A DNA stretch of 64,000 bases from Octopus vulgaris (taxonomy: Eukaryota): contig OX597822.1 in assembly GCA_951406725.2 (NCBI GenBank), positions 46,252,001 through 46,316,000 on the forward strand, given 5' to 3'. Of this stretch, positions 24,763 to 39,740 are shown in pieces. A program made the position numbers and the translations under genes. The number at the start of each line of letters is the position of its first letter. Position 1 is the first letter of the stretch. The notes under the pieces were generated by a model. That model was not told the DNA's origin and ran no database searches. It saw only the letters and a program-made list of their open reading frames with translations.

Positions 24763-26084
24763 CGAGTCATGAATGACAGAAAGAATTATACCTCAACAAG
24801 GCAACTTCATTGGTGGGGGTGAAAAAGACGCACACATACACACAGGCAAACTCGCGCATAGACGCATACATGTGAACACACATACACATACAGACGCATA
24901 ACATACATAGTTATCACGACAAAACCACTCTATTAACAGACCACACAGTTAACATGTACTTTTAAAGAAATCATTTAAAAACGCGTCGATCTTGGAGTCT
25001 TTAATTAATTTCTTCTGTCTATCTCTTACAGAAACGTTTGTTATTGTCTTCCCCCAACCCACCGCCAATACTAATTTAGAAAAACCGTAATGGTAATAAT
25101 AATAATATCCGAAATATTAACAGAAAAATCAAATTCGGACATAGACGAAACTAAGTGATTAGAAAATGGGTGTAAAGATGTGTTTTGTTTGTTGTAGAGA
25201 TAAAGTGAGGTAGAGGGTGAGAGAAGATCTAGTTTCAACATGAGACAGCTGATTTCAAGTGGAAATACGCATTTCTTGCTGAGAATACGATGTTAGGTTT
25301 ACTTGTCAGAATTTCATTCTTATTTAATTAACACAACCGAGAGAGACTTGGAAGCAGACAAGGGCAGACTGTCGGTTAAGTAACATATATATATACGTTA
25401 CTCTACTATATATATAAACAATTTGGGATATGTACTTGCCTTGCAAGTGATCTGATCTGAAACCTTGCGCTGAAACTAAAACAATATGTGCGCATGGGTG
25501 TGTTTCTACACACGCACATACTCATAAACAAACGTATATATACACACGTATATCATATATACATACATAAATTTACACACACACACAATGGTGTTTCTTT
25601 ATTTTATAAACGAATAGGGAAAGTTTTCACGGCTGCTTATTTGTTGAACAAACGGAGACAGGAAATACTGCGATGTTTTATATTTCCAGGATCATATGTA
25701 TAAAATCAAATATAAATAATGTATGATAATGTTTAATACTTCCAGGAAGAATAGAAGTTGAAACAATACTACCAGAGGTGGTAAACTTAAGCCTGTTATT
25801 AAGTACTGCTTGATTACACTAACTTACACATCCCTCTCAAAATTTGCTACCGTGACTGTCATAAGTCAGTCCTACGTTCTTAGTTTAAAGCAAGCACGAG
25901 CAACCTTTTCCGTAATCATCAGGCCGACCGCACAGCTAAAGAAAAAATTCAAGGTAATATTCGGTCGGTGTGCCGCAGTTTGCCCATAACTGGTTTATTG
26001 TGCATTGTGCCATTCATTCTCGGGAGGTGGGGAGGGCGATTAATTAAATTGATTAAACAACTCTCTTACATATCTGTGCTAAAG

Positions 26085-26285
26085 GAAGAAGCCTCTCTGT
26101 GGTCATTCGATCTACAAGAAATCGTGGCACTAAAAGCACACCTCAACCGTCAAAGACGCATTGGACCATGTAGTTTTAAATGCACAGCATAAAGAATAAA
26201 AATAAGATACAAACAAGGGTTTGTCACGACTGAAACGACATTTATCCTATGTTTGTTGATCAGAGCCAACAAGGGCTAAACAACA
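26085..26285 (+). repeat. Dispersed repeat family E (unclassified)
   Basis: gaagcctctctgtggtcattcgatc..gaaat..ttgatcagagc..gggctaaacaac; relatives at ~1800-1950, 29160-29370, 36415-36620, 43440-43630, 45430-45600(-), 62800-62990. Confidence 0.6.
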
Positions 26286-27910
26286 CTTTGTACCCATTAA
26301 AAAAAATCATTATTTTCAAGGTGACAGTGGAGTGGTAGAAAGGGAAGCGCCGTACCAATTATCTGGCGGTATTTAGTTTTATCCCTCGACGACTGAGATT
26401 TATTTCGCTTTTCATCTTCCTATGGATGCAAACAATAGATATACGTCGATTCAGTTGGGATGTTGGGCGGTTAGACTCTCATCGAAAGTGTCAGGGAATC
26501 GAAACCGGACCGCTGACACTGACACGTGGTATGCCGGGATATATAAAGTTACTACTACGCTAGTAATTTGTGTGTAAAGATAGAAATCTTTTTTACGCGC
26601 ATAATATCTGTGTTTATGAGTCAATATTTGTGCATGAAGGGGGGGGTCACAAAACTATGTAATATTGAAAGAGTAGTGTTAAGTTGAATTTGTGAGAGAG
26701 AGAAAGAGAGAATGTGTAACGTAAAATCTGTTAAATGAAACTATGATAGTAGGTGCGCATAAGAGATGTATTATGTGTATATATATGCATATGGAAGTAG
26801 ATGTTACACGTATTGTGTTTGGAAAGTGTGTATACGTATGTAAATGGGTTAGAAAATAGTATATGAATGGAGAGAGGGAGAGAGAGAGAGTAAATGTATG
26901 AACATACTCATGCTAGTTAGAGTGTATTCGAAGAGTACATATATGTGTGCAGGTACGCACGCACTGTGCAAACAGTATACAATGACACAAACAAATTGAA
27001 AAGGTGTGTAGGAGGGAGGCATTGCTTATCTGTGAACTGGTAACAGCTAAAATTAATCCTACTACCTCTACAAATCTAAACACACAGACACACATCACAA
27101 ACGGAGTGTTGTTGAAAGGCGGTGGCGGAAATCGTCGTCATCGGCGAAATGAAGATATTTCACATCTCTTGTAATGATCACAAGAAACAAATTAAATCAG
27201 TGAACTTGACACACCATATTTTCTCTCTTTTCATACTACCAAAACCTGCCTGGAATTTATTACACAAACACGTGTATGTGTATGTTCGCCATTCATTTAT
27301 GGAAACATCTGATCAAAAGAAATCAATTTATTTGTTTATGGCAGACATGAAAGGGGTAAAATATAAAATACGAAAGATGACACTGCTAGTATTTTCAAAG
27401 CGAGATAGGATGTGTGTGTGTGTTCCCACCACCACTGCTTGACAACCGGTGCTGGTCTGTTTACATCCCCGTAAATTAGCGGTTCAGCAAAAATGACTGA
27501 CAATAAGTATCACACTTAAGGAATAAACAAATACTGGGGTTAATTTGTTCGGTGTGGTGCTCCAGCATCGCCACAGTCCAATGACTGAGACAAATAAAAG
27601 ATAAGGCATAAATATATATGGAAAGAGAGACAAACAGACAGACAGAGGTGGGTACATAATGTCAGATTCCGAAACAAGCAGTACAACCTGGTAAACAATC
27701 CATGTAATACATTATTACTCTATGGATTAAGGATAGAAAAGAATCGTGACTAGCACAGACAACAGGAGAGGGAAGAAAGAGAAAGTTAGACAGACAAAAC
27801 AGACAGACAGAAACAAATCAGCGAATTTCTAGGATCGACATTCACAGTATTTTTGTTTCTAAGAAAGTTCAAGAGGTGCTTATAAGGAGAGAGAGAGTGT
27901 GTGTGTGTGT

Positions 27911-28059
27911 AGGCACAGGAGTGTCACCATGTGGTTGGTAAGTAGCTTGCTTACCAACCACATGGTGGCACCTTGGGCAAGTGTCTTCTATAACCACAGG
28001 CCAACTAAAGCCTTGTGAGGAGATTTGGTAGATGGAAACTGAAAGAGGCCTGTCGTATA

Positions 28060-28125
<66 letters not shown>

Positions 28126-28340
28126 CATATATATATGTTTTTGTGTCTGTGTTTGTCCCTCCCCAACCACCACTTCACAACCAATGCTGGTGTGTTTACA
28201 TCCCAATGATTTAGTGGTTCGGCAAAAGACACCGATAAATACTAGGCTTACAAAGAATAAGTCCTGGGAGGATCGATTTACTCAACTAAAGACGGTGCTC
28301 CAGCATGGTCACAGTCAAATGACTGAAACAGATAAGAGAA
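27911..28340 (+). mobile_element. SINE family A
   Basis: Aligns to 17265-17690 with a short head deletion. Confidence 0.9.
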
Positions 28341-28364
28341 TATAATCTTAAACAGTTTGATTCA

Positions 28365-28428
28365 GTTCCACATCACTTAAAAGTTTCGTGGACACAGAAT
28401 GCACCAACATCATCAGATATCTCTGAAC
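28365..28428 (-). ncRNA. Type-I hammerhead ribozyme-like motif (left arm of foldback 28350-28500)
   Basis: GUUC agag AUAU CUGAUGA U GUUGGUGCA UUC UGUGUCCAC GAA ACUU UU AAGU G AUGU g GAAC: three stems and full core, but cleavage-site base is G (28374). Confidence 0.7.
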
Positions 28429-28584
28429 ACCTGACCTGACAAGAGTCAGGTGTCCTGCACCTTCGAAACTTCAAGTAATGTGGGGCTGAGTCAAACTGTT
28501 ACTAAATGCATGTAACTCCAACTGAATAATGTCCTGAGTGCTACTTTCTGTTGTGTGTTCACTCCCTTGTGTGTATTTGCGTGT

Positions 28585-28617
<33 letters not shown>

Positions 28618-28739
28618 CAGGTGCTCCAGCATGGCAGCAGTCAAATGACTGAAACAAGTAAAAGAGTACATGAATATATATATATAAATATAAGAATATA
28701 AACATGTATATATGTATATATGCATGTGTGTGTGTATAC

Positions 28740-28772
<33 letters not shown>

Positions 28773-29564
28773 CGTATGTATATACATATATGTGTGTGTG
28801 TGTGTGTGTGTTCTCTGCACACATACACTACCTGTGCAAACAATGACATCATTCCACTAGAATGCTGTCAGTGACCAGGTTGCAGATGTGCAACAAAACT
28901 TTTTCACACTTCATAACAGAGTTTATGACGAGGAAATAGAGAGTGGGCAAGTTTTCTTTGTTGACTCACCTAATGTGTTTGTGTGTGCGTGTGTGTGTGG
29001 AGTGACTAATTGGAAAACCTGAAATTAAAAATGAAAAAGAAATAATCTGATGACCTAAAAAAAGTTCACACTAGGATATTGGGAAACTGAAGATCCCTCA
29101 AAGGTTTTCTCTTGGTGTAGCCATATAACATACATGAAAATAAATTATCTTAAAGAGCCAAAGAGGAAATCTCTGATTAGTTTTTCAACCTGCTGGAAAA
29201 ATTTCTCTGAAACTTACTCTTTTAAAAAAGGTAACAAAACAGGACATGTTGAATAGTTTAGTCAAGAAAACATTGTCTGATCAAAACAATGATGTGATGT
29301 TCATAGATGTAGCTGAAACAACCTTTGGTCATACATCTGCTTGATCAGGACTGAGGGGCTAAACAACACAGCACATTAAACAAAATAATCTAAGGAAACT
29401 GGTGATGACCTTTGTCAACAAAATATAACACCAACAGTGATGAGACCCTTGTTTTCTCTCTCTCTCTCTCTCACTCTGAAAAAGGATAAATGTCCAAAAT
29501 ATAAGGGATTTTCCTGCTTCATAGCATAAAAGATATTCCACTTTTGAAACTAGTTAAATTTTTT

Positions 29565-29970
29565 TGTGTGGTTCAGAAGTTTGATTCCCAACTATATGGT
29601 CTTGGTTTCAAACCTGATACATGGCACTTGGACAAGCATTATTCTCCTCTCGCTGCAGGTCAACTAAAAGCTTTGAGTGGATTCAGTAGATGGAAACTGA
29701 AAGAAGCCCATTGCGTGCATGTGTATGTGTGAGAGTGTGTATGTTTGTCTCTTTACCTTGACATCATGTGACTGTTGTAAATGAATGTCATTCATATTCA
29801 ACATTCAATAAAGACATGCCTGGCTGTGGGGAAAATACTGCTTAGCTTGGAAATAGGTGAGGGTCGGTGACAGGAAGGGCATTCAGTTGTAGAAAACGCA
29901 CCCCAATGGATTCCCTCTAACCCATGCAAGCATTGAAAAGTGAACGTTAAAGCAATGATGAGGATGATAT
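29565..29970 (+). mobile_element. SINE, family A head with RTE-type (D) tail
   Basis: A head/body, then ggaagggcattcagttgtagaaa..acccatgcaagcattgaaaagtgaacgttaaagcaatgatga. Confidence 0.8.
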
Positions 29971-30041
29971 GTGAGAGATTTGGATGACCTATGCATAACC
30001 TACAGATACGTATCCTATCGATTCTGATGAGTACTGTTCAG

Positions 30042-30400
30042 TGTGGAGGTGCAATGACCCAGTGGTTAGGGCAGCAGACTCGCGGTTTCGATCCCCAGAC
30101 AGGGCGCTGTAAGTGTTTATTGAGCGAAAACACCTTTAGGTCCACGGGGCTCCGACAGCGGTGGTGGCGAACCCTGTTATATTCTTCCACCACAACTTTC
30201 TCTCACTCTCTCTTCTTGTTTCTGTAGTACCTGTATCTTAAAGGGCCAGCCTTGTCACACTCTGCATCTCCCCCTAGAACTACGTTAAGGATACAAGTGT
30301 CTGTGAAGTGCTCAGCCACTTGCACGTTAATTTCACGAGCAGGCTGTTCCGTTGATCGGATCAACCGGAATCCTTCGTCGTCGTAACCGACGGAGTGCCA
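30042..30400 (+). mobile_element. SINE family C, tail variant 2
   Basis: tggaggtgcaatgacccagtggttagggcagcagactcgcggtttcgatcc ... cgtcgtaaccgacggagtgcca. Confidence 0.9.
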
Positions 30401-30811
30401 TTATTATTGTCCAGCAAAATACCAACAAATCACTTGATTGATTGATCGTTAGATTAATTGTATAACTGATATAATGAATGACCAGTAGAGGGAATGAGTG
30501 AGAGGTGTGTGGCTAGTATTTTCATATAAGAACCTATTTATCCCCATTAGAAACATTTGAAGGTAACTGTAGTGTGTATGTGTGTAAACACACAAGGTAT
30601 GTTGAGTGTCGGCTTCACAATGAGTCACTAACAACACGCGTGCAATAGATAAAAGGGTACGTTTATAGGTATAGATAGGTAGAGGAACATGTTAATGGAT
30701 AGATAAATATATTAATGTGTAGATGGATAGATAGGCATACATACTTTTAATATATAGACAGGTAGAAGCTGATTATTCATAGACAGGTTGATGGGATACA
30801 TAGACAAAGAG

Positions 30812-30812
30812 G

Positions 30813-30908
<96 letters not shown>
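30812..30908. repeat. (GATA)n microsatellite
   Basis: Directly visible. Confidence 0.98.
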
Positions 30909-31886
30909 CAGGAAGTGGGAGAGATAGTGAGATAAAGAAATATATGATTAGTGAAAATGTGTAAGTAAAATAGTGAAATGATAATTGGTGGGCGATGAAC
31001 TAGTGAGTGGTGACTGTCGGCTGTAAAATGGTTACACCATGTCAACGGCGTACCCAGGGAAAAAGAAAAGAAAAAGAGAGACACAGAAAACGAAAAAGCA
31101 TCCGGTAAGAGCAAAGAGGTGCAGTTGTGTCTTGTGTTTTGGACTATTACTGACTGGTGTAAGCTGGCTGGCCGGTAAAGACGAAGTAAAGCCTAAGCAG
31201 GCAAGCATGGCTCTCCTGGCTTCTCTCTCTCATTCACTCGTTTTAGCTAGATTCCCAACTATCCATCCACCCATCAGCCACTACCCCACTCCTTGCTTGC
31301 TTCCTCCGTCAAAGACGTCAGGCAATATTGTTGCAGTTGTCGTCGTTGTTGTTGTTGAACGGCTGAGAATGATTGCGGTGATAGTGGTGGTGGTGGCGGC
31401 GGCGGCAGCGGAACGGAAGGCGGTGGGGAATAAAAGATGGAAGACGGTGGCGGAGACGGCGACGCGATTGTGTGTATGGAGGGGGAGAGGGTGAAGGAGT
31501 GAAAGAAGGTAAAGAAGGAAGGGAAGAAAGTATGGAAGACGACGAAAGTATGAGATAAAGAACAGAACAGAGAGAGAGAGAGGAGATATAAGAACAGAAT
31601 AATAGAAATCCAAAGAGAGAGAGAGAGAGAGAAACTGATTCGTCGTAAAAAATGTGGAGATGATTTTTTTTTAATCTCAACATTATTATTATTGTGCTTT
31701 CATACATATAATATCCCCTTGGAGATCAAATGACGAAGATAAAGAATTAAGTAATAAATGAAAGTAATAATATTTTCTTTACAATAAACACACAGTTGTT
31801 ACAGTTGCTGATTTGGTTGGGTATTTTTTTTGTTTTTTGTTTATCAAATTTTTTTTCCGTCGCAGCTACCACATAAACACACCTAC

Positions 31887-31960
31887 CTTCTTGGGATGCA
31901 ATAATTCCACCCGAACTGGACCAACATGGCGCTCCCCACCAACACCACCGCGACTCTTGT
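31887..31960 (-). other. Candidate first/5' exon of a minus-strand gene
   Basis: Donor AAG|gtaggt at 31887/31886; YY1-like caacatggcg at 31922-31931; CpG-rich unique context. Confidence 0.35.
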
Positions 31961-33184
31961 ACATTCTATATAAGTGTGTGTATATAAAGTGATTGTGTCT
32001 ATGTAGGAACTGCTGTGTAAATATGCCTTTGGGTGTACGTGTTTGTGTATGCGCGCGTGTGAGTGTGTGTGTGTGTGTGCAAAAGCCGTTGTATGTCTCA
32101 GCAGCATATGTATATGTGTGACTGTGTATATGTATCTATATGCGTTGGAGCTACTGTGTGAATATGCCTGCGGATGTAGGTGTGTATGTGTATATAAGTG
32201 TGTGTGCGCGGGCGCGTAAGAATCGTCTATGCGTGTGCGTCGTGTGTGTGCGTTTGTGTGTATGTATGCAGGGGTACTGTAATGTATGTGTTTGTATGTG
32301 TATGTGTGCATGAGTCTAAACTAATTGTGTGTCACCGTTACTTTCTCTGTCAGCCTGCTTCCTCCTCTCTCTAGATTTCTTACCTGCCACTTTTTCTTTT
32401 TTCTCTTTCCATAAGCTTACACACACACACAAACACACGCTCATTGCTTTTCTATTTATTGTTATGATTATTATTATTATTCCCGACTTCTTCACAGTTT
32501 TTGCTTCACTTTATTTTCTCTCTCATTCACACACCACACCGCCTTCCTATTACTATCCCGTTATCCATGACTACTTATTCACTCTGTCCCTCACTCAATG
32601 AACAACAGAGAAAAAATAACAAGAAAAAGACAAAGTAAAGTAAAACTGAAACAAAATTTACGAAATATATTCGGGGGTTTTATCTTCTTGTTCAGAAGCA
32701 ATGGGTAGGATACATATAACGAATTTGAATCTCCATGATAATAAATATGATTATTTTATTTGTTTAATTATTTTTTTTTTAAATAACGGTTTCTGTTATT
32801 GCCACAGGGCGACAGATGAGTGAATATACAGAACACCACTATGAGTTGTTTACTCTTCCCCAACGGAATGTTTTTACGAAATGTGTGACTACGCATACAC
32901 ACACACACGCATATGTATATATTTACATACATACATACGTTACTACACGCATATTATATACACAGATACACGTTAGTACACACATACTGACACGCATATT
33001 ATGCGCGCGCACACAGACAGACATAAATATATACATATAAACACCGACATTTTACACACACAAATACATAAATATAAGCGCCTATATCAATATAATACAC
33101 ACATTCACATACGTACATCCTGCAATCAGCAGAACCGTCTAATAATAATAAGACCCCCTCCCTAACCATCAGAATTACAATTAC

Positions 33185-33480
33185 CAGCAAAATGCAGAAC
33201 GGCGAGAAAAGAAAAGGCCAACAATAAATGAAAAAGATCAATTCGAGTTGTTCGTTGGCCGACCACTGAAGAAAGAAAGCAGTAAAAGTAGGGGAGACCC
33301 TCTTCACTAAACAGGAAACTTTCTTTTACTTCCATGCTCTCCTCTGACGTCACAATCTCCATTCACTCTTTCAACTGACGAGATTTTTTCAGCAAGCGTC
33401 GTTCGATACAGGAATTTTTCACTGTCAGATCCCTACTTTGACGGCCGACCACGGCCTAACGGTGGCAAATGTTTTGTGTC
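33185..33480 (-). promoter_or_regulatory. Promoter-like region with full CRE
   Basis: TGACGTCA at 33345-33352, caggaa ETS-like core ~33312, CpG-rich unique DNA, possible minus-strand donor CTG|gtaatt at 33185/33184. Confidence 0.35.
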
Positions 33481-34934
33481 TAAGCTCTCATTCTGTCTTT
33501 TGAGTATCATTTTTTTTTTTACTTTTAGTTCCCCACTCTGTCTTTTTCTCTCTCTATCATACATTTTTGCCTCTCATTCATTCTGTCTATCTTGTCTTTG
33601 CTCTCATTCTTTCTGTCCCTTACTCTTTCTTTCTATCATTTTCTAATTCTTTCTGCATTTCATTATCACTCTCTTTCATTCTTTCAAGTTTACTCTCGTT
33701 TCTCAGATATTTTCTTAACTAAAATAAAGTGCAAGTTAATTGACGAAACCATTGTTTGTTTATTACATTCAGTGTTTTATTTTTCTTTAATTCTAATCTT
33801 TTAACTTGATGCAAATGATGTGTACAAGTATGTGCGTACATGAACTTTTAGTTAACACGATCATATATTTATTATTAGGCGTGTAACTAAACATTTGTGT
33901 CTATCGAGTGAATAAAACGATTGAAATTAGGAAGGTAAGTTGTTTTCGTTGCACCGAAACTGTAGAATTTGCTGTAAGAGGACATAGCAAGGGGAAATCC
34001 CTGTTCTTACTGGTGAGGGAAAAGATGCTGTGATTTAGAGAGGAGTGGTATCAGAATATGTCGACAGAGGTGGTCGCAAACGGAAATACGGGAGTTGTTT
34101 CCTCGCTATTCCCAATAATCTCGGGATGTCACGAGAGACGAAATGCTCAACAACCGGTGACTGACTTAACAGAGATAACAGTAATATGTGTATATATATA
34201 TTTGCACATACATGTTTAGCGTTAAGTGTCAGGGGTGGGGAGAGTTCTTAACAGAGATCTAATGTTATATTCCATTTTCGTAGAGTCGGTCTGTGTCATA
34301 ACTTGCCTGAAGATCCTGTACAGCCGCAGGTGAAACTCAGAGTAGCAAGAGACCGACTCGATCGAAATAATAATAATATATAGCCTCTCCCCCACCCCCC
34401 TTTCGCGTGCGCGAATTTTTTTTTTCATATTCGTTCATAGGAAGTTGTTTTACACCTATTACACACATTTTTTTTTTGATTTTCTGATATTTGTTACGCC
34501 CTATATTAACCCAGTTGTATAACTGTCTAATATCAAAGCACTTGATTCCGCCTTAATTTCCCCAACCAAAACACATTTTAGCTTCACGTGCACTGATTAA
34601 GTTCAATTAAATCATTTCTGTTAAGAATTCGAGAAACTTTTTTTTTTTTTTTAATGAATGAATTAACGTAAAAGTGATGTTCGAACCCGTCTCTCTACCC
34701 CAGTTACCGGAACACAATACGTCGAAACTTACTTTGCATGAAAGTTAATTGAAAAATAAATAGTGATAACAGTAGCTGATAGGATAAAACTAGTTACTTT
34801 TTTTTTTTCTTAAGCAGCACATTTAATAAATTGTGTATATGCGGTTAATTAAAAAATATTAATAACAACAGCGTGAAACATGTAAGTACGCGAAAGTTGT
34901 AAACAAGAAAGAGAAAGAAAGAAGACAAAATAAT

Positions 34935-35155
34935 CGTTTCTACATTTGGCACAAGGCCAGCAGTTTTGAGGAGATGGGGGGGGGGCGATTACATCGCATC
35001 CCACTTTCCAAATCAACTGGTATTTTATTTTATCCATCCCCAAGAGGGCGTAAGGCGAAGTCGATCTAGGTAGAATTCGAATTAAGAACGAAAAGAGCCG
35101 AAAGAAATAGCGATCTACATTTCGTCCGATGTACTAACGATTCAGCCAGCTCGCG
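34935..35155 (-). mobile_element. SINE family B (diverged), tail variant B3
   Basis: ttggcacaaggccagcagtttt..ggcgaagtcgatc..ctaacgattcagccagctcgc. Confidence 0.75.
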
Positions 35156-37573
35156 TCCTTAATAAGGCGGAAATTTACAGGGGAAACACCGGAGCTAGAC
35201 ATGAGATATCAATAGATCGAGGGAGGCTTCCGTGAGAGACAGAGAGAGAGGGAGAAAGAGAGAGCGAATAGAGGGAGGCTTTAGTATTATGTTTTGATTC
35301 GCTCGAACGAGAAACACCGGTGTCGAGGAAATGACGAACTCCTTGACATTATTTCCGCATCAGAGATTTTTACGGAGGCCAATAAACAAATAAATAAATA
35401 AAAAGACAGTTTTAATCTTTGAATAAGGGGAGAATATCCATAAAAATAAAATGTAATAATAATAATAATAATTAATGAATGATATATAGATAATAAATAA
35501 GCATATCGTGTGACTACAGGATATACAAAAGAACGTTTTTGTTTGTTTTTTCCTTTTCCACCTTCTTTATACAAGTAAATGTTTACGAACTAACAGTTGT
35601 TTTATAAGCTAGATTAAACCACAGTAGTTAACATATATGAGGGAGTAAGAGACACTTGGACAGTGTACAAGTGGTTGTTTACTTACCTCCTTTTCAATGA
35701 TAGATAAACAGCAAGATACGAAGTACTAATCGGCACTCACACACACATACACACATATGTATATACATATAGACGAACGTGCATACGTACATATACACAC
35801 ACAATATGGCTTAATTTTTTTTAAAGTCAAAATATTTAAGCTTCTGGAATTTCGGAACTAAAATGTGAATTTCTTAAGGAATAAAAAGGAAATTTTAAAA
35901 AATTGATCGTATTGTAAATGACGTTTGTGTATGCGTACGTACATATGTGTGTGTGTATGTACGTATGTGCATATGTGTGTGAATACATATGTATATAAAC
36001 ACATTCGCATATGCATACGCAACACCCACACACACAAACACACACACGTAATTCGATAGCAGTAAATTAAACTAAACCAAATTTAGAGAAAATTAAAATC
36101 TATATTACTTAAAAGTAGTTTATTCTTTTTTAAATTATATCATCAAACTATAAATTTTATAAATACTTGAACATGCGTTAATTTTTCTTTTTTTAGGTGG
36201 TATAGCACCATCATCATCATCATCATCAATTTTTTTTCTTTGAAATGTGACGGCAGAAACTGGTATCTCATCTCTGCTTTTTTTTTCTTCTTTTTAATTC
36301 CAACCGCATCGTGGGGCATCAGTTTATTACTGGTACTTGTTTTATTACAAGTACCAGTAATAAACTGGTTTCTTGCATAAATACACAAATATAAAAAAAA
36401 TATGATAACGAATCAACGAGGAAATACTTCTCGTGGTCGCATGACCCGCTAGAAATAGCAGCTGACTTTTCCTCGAATACACTTCCATCTTAAGACAATT
36501 GCATAATGTAGTCAAAGTACCCCGTGCTTGGCGACCGGGAGGCGGGTGACGAGATGGTCATGACTGAAACTCCTTTGATCATGGGTCTGTACGATCAGAG
36601 CATATCTGGAGTTAACCGACGAGCAATCTCAATGAAGAGGGATCGAATCCCAGTTTCTTTTTTTTACTTATTTCAGTTATTTGACTGAAGATATGCTGGG
36701 CCACCGCCTATTATGCCATGATTGATCACATCGATCTCAGTATTTTATTGACTTTGGAAGGGAGAAAAAACAAAGTAGACATGCGCGGGATTTGAACTCA
36801 GAACGTAAAGGGAAATAACCAAATACCACAACTATTTTGTCCGATGTTCTTCCGATTCTACCACCAACCTGCAATTATAACGACAGAACACCCCTTGCGT
36901 CACCACTGACTATGAGAGAATTAATGAACGCCATGCAATCACATTAAAAGTTGGGTTTCCTTGTATCAGAGACAAGCTCATGGCGTACCGTGTTGATTTC
37001 CAACTGGAATCATTTCTTAGTCACTTTTCTTGTTTCCTTGACTGGAGACAGACATAAAAGTCAAACAATTTCAACCATCCATCGTAAACCTTTTGTCTTC
37101 TACACTTTTAGAAACCATCAATTTACAAGCGCTGTAGAAAAACAAGGGAGCCAGCACAAAGTTGTGACAGAATCAAAGTTTCCAACAGGAAGCACTTTCA
37201 TCTGGTTAATGTGACAGATCACAACCTCATTTCAGCTTCACCTTCGCTAATTATTAAATTACTAAATGAATAAATAGATAACTCTATTCCATTTGTTGGC
37301 GAGCTCAGTTCATTAATTCTTCCATTACGTTGTTATCACCACTGGGAGAAGCTTGAATGTCACAGCGACATTTTCTAATTCCTTTAGTCAAGAAACCAAT
37401 GCTGAATGTTCGAGTAGAGAATTACTTAATAATCCTTCCCAAATCGATAAAATTACTCAAATAAAAACAAAAAAAAAAAGGGGGCAGAAGAATAAGAATG
37501 TATTAACTTTCCCCTTTAAACCCAATAAAGAAACAATTTATTAAATGAGCGAAAAGATTTGCTAAAAGAATCG

Positions 37574-39050
<1,477 letters not shown>

Positions 39051-39703
39051 ACACGTGTGTGTATGTATATATAAATTTATCCGTTCAATGGATTTATCAG
39101 ATCCAGAGTGTTTTTGAGTGCTTGTGGGTAACTGAAACTCAGGCAGACTCAAGTCTGGGTAGATTTAGTCATGGTATACATTTCTTCGTACGTCACCGAC
39201 CAAAACATTAAAACAGTGAGCCAATGGCAAGAAAGGGAGGAAGCCGACCAGCAAAAACAGCTGTTTTAGAAGAAGCTTTCAACATATAAACGGAAATCTA
39301 CTGACTGCACGGCAGAAACGAGAGTGTGAAAGAGAGAGAGTAACGCTGAGAAGGAGAGAGAAAGAGAGGGAGTGTTTGTGTGTTTGTGGCCATTTTTCTT
39401 CCCATAATTATATCAATATATTTCATCGAGAAATATGCGAATAAGTGTGTAAAAATTCTTAAGTTCTGAAGAAATAAGCAATAAACTCTATAACGTGTTT
39501 GAATTACTTACACTATATTGGACTTGTTTGATGGAAAAATTCAACACTGTATGTGTATATGTATGGAGATTTTCTGTGTATCTTCTGTTATGTAATGTGT
39601 GTGTGTGTGTGCGTGAGAGAGATAGAGTGTGTGTGTGTGTGTGCGTGAGAGAGATAGAGTGTGTGTGTGTGTGTGTGTACGTGCGTGCAATATATTCGCC
39701 CGA

Positions 39704-39740
<37 letters not shown>

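Noticed and set aside
31039-31494. 151-aa ORF with poly-V/poly-A
   Set aside because: Built from (GTT)n/(GGT)n/(GGC)n repeats; no recognisable domain.
35681-35740. Perfect minus-strand donor GAG|gtaagt
   Set aside because: No convincing acceptor or promoter evidence; a few such 8-mers are expected by chance.
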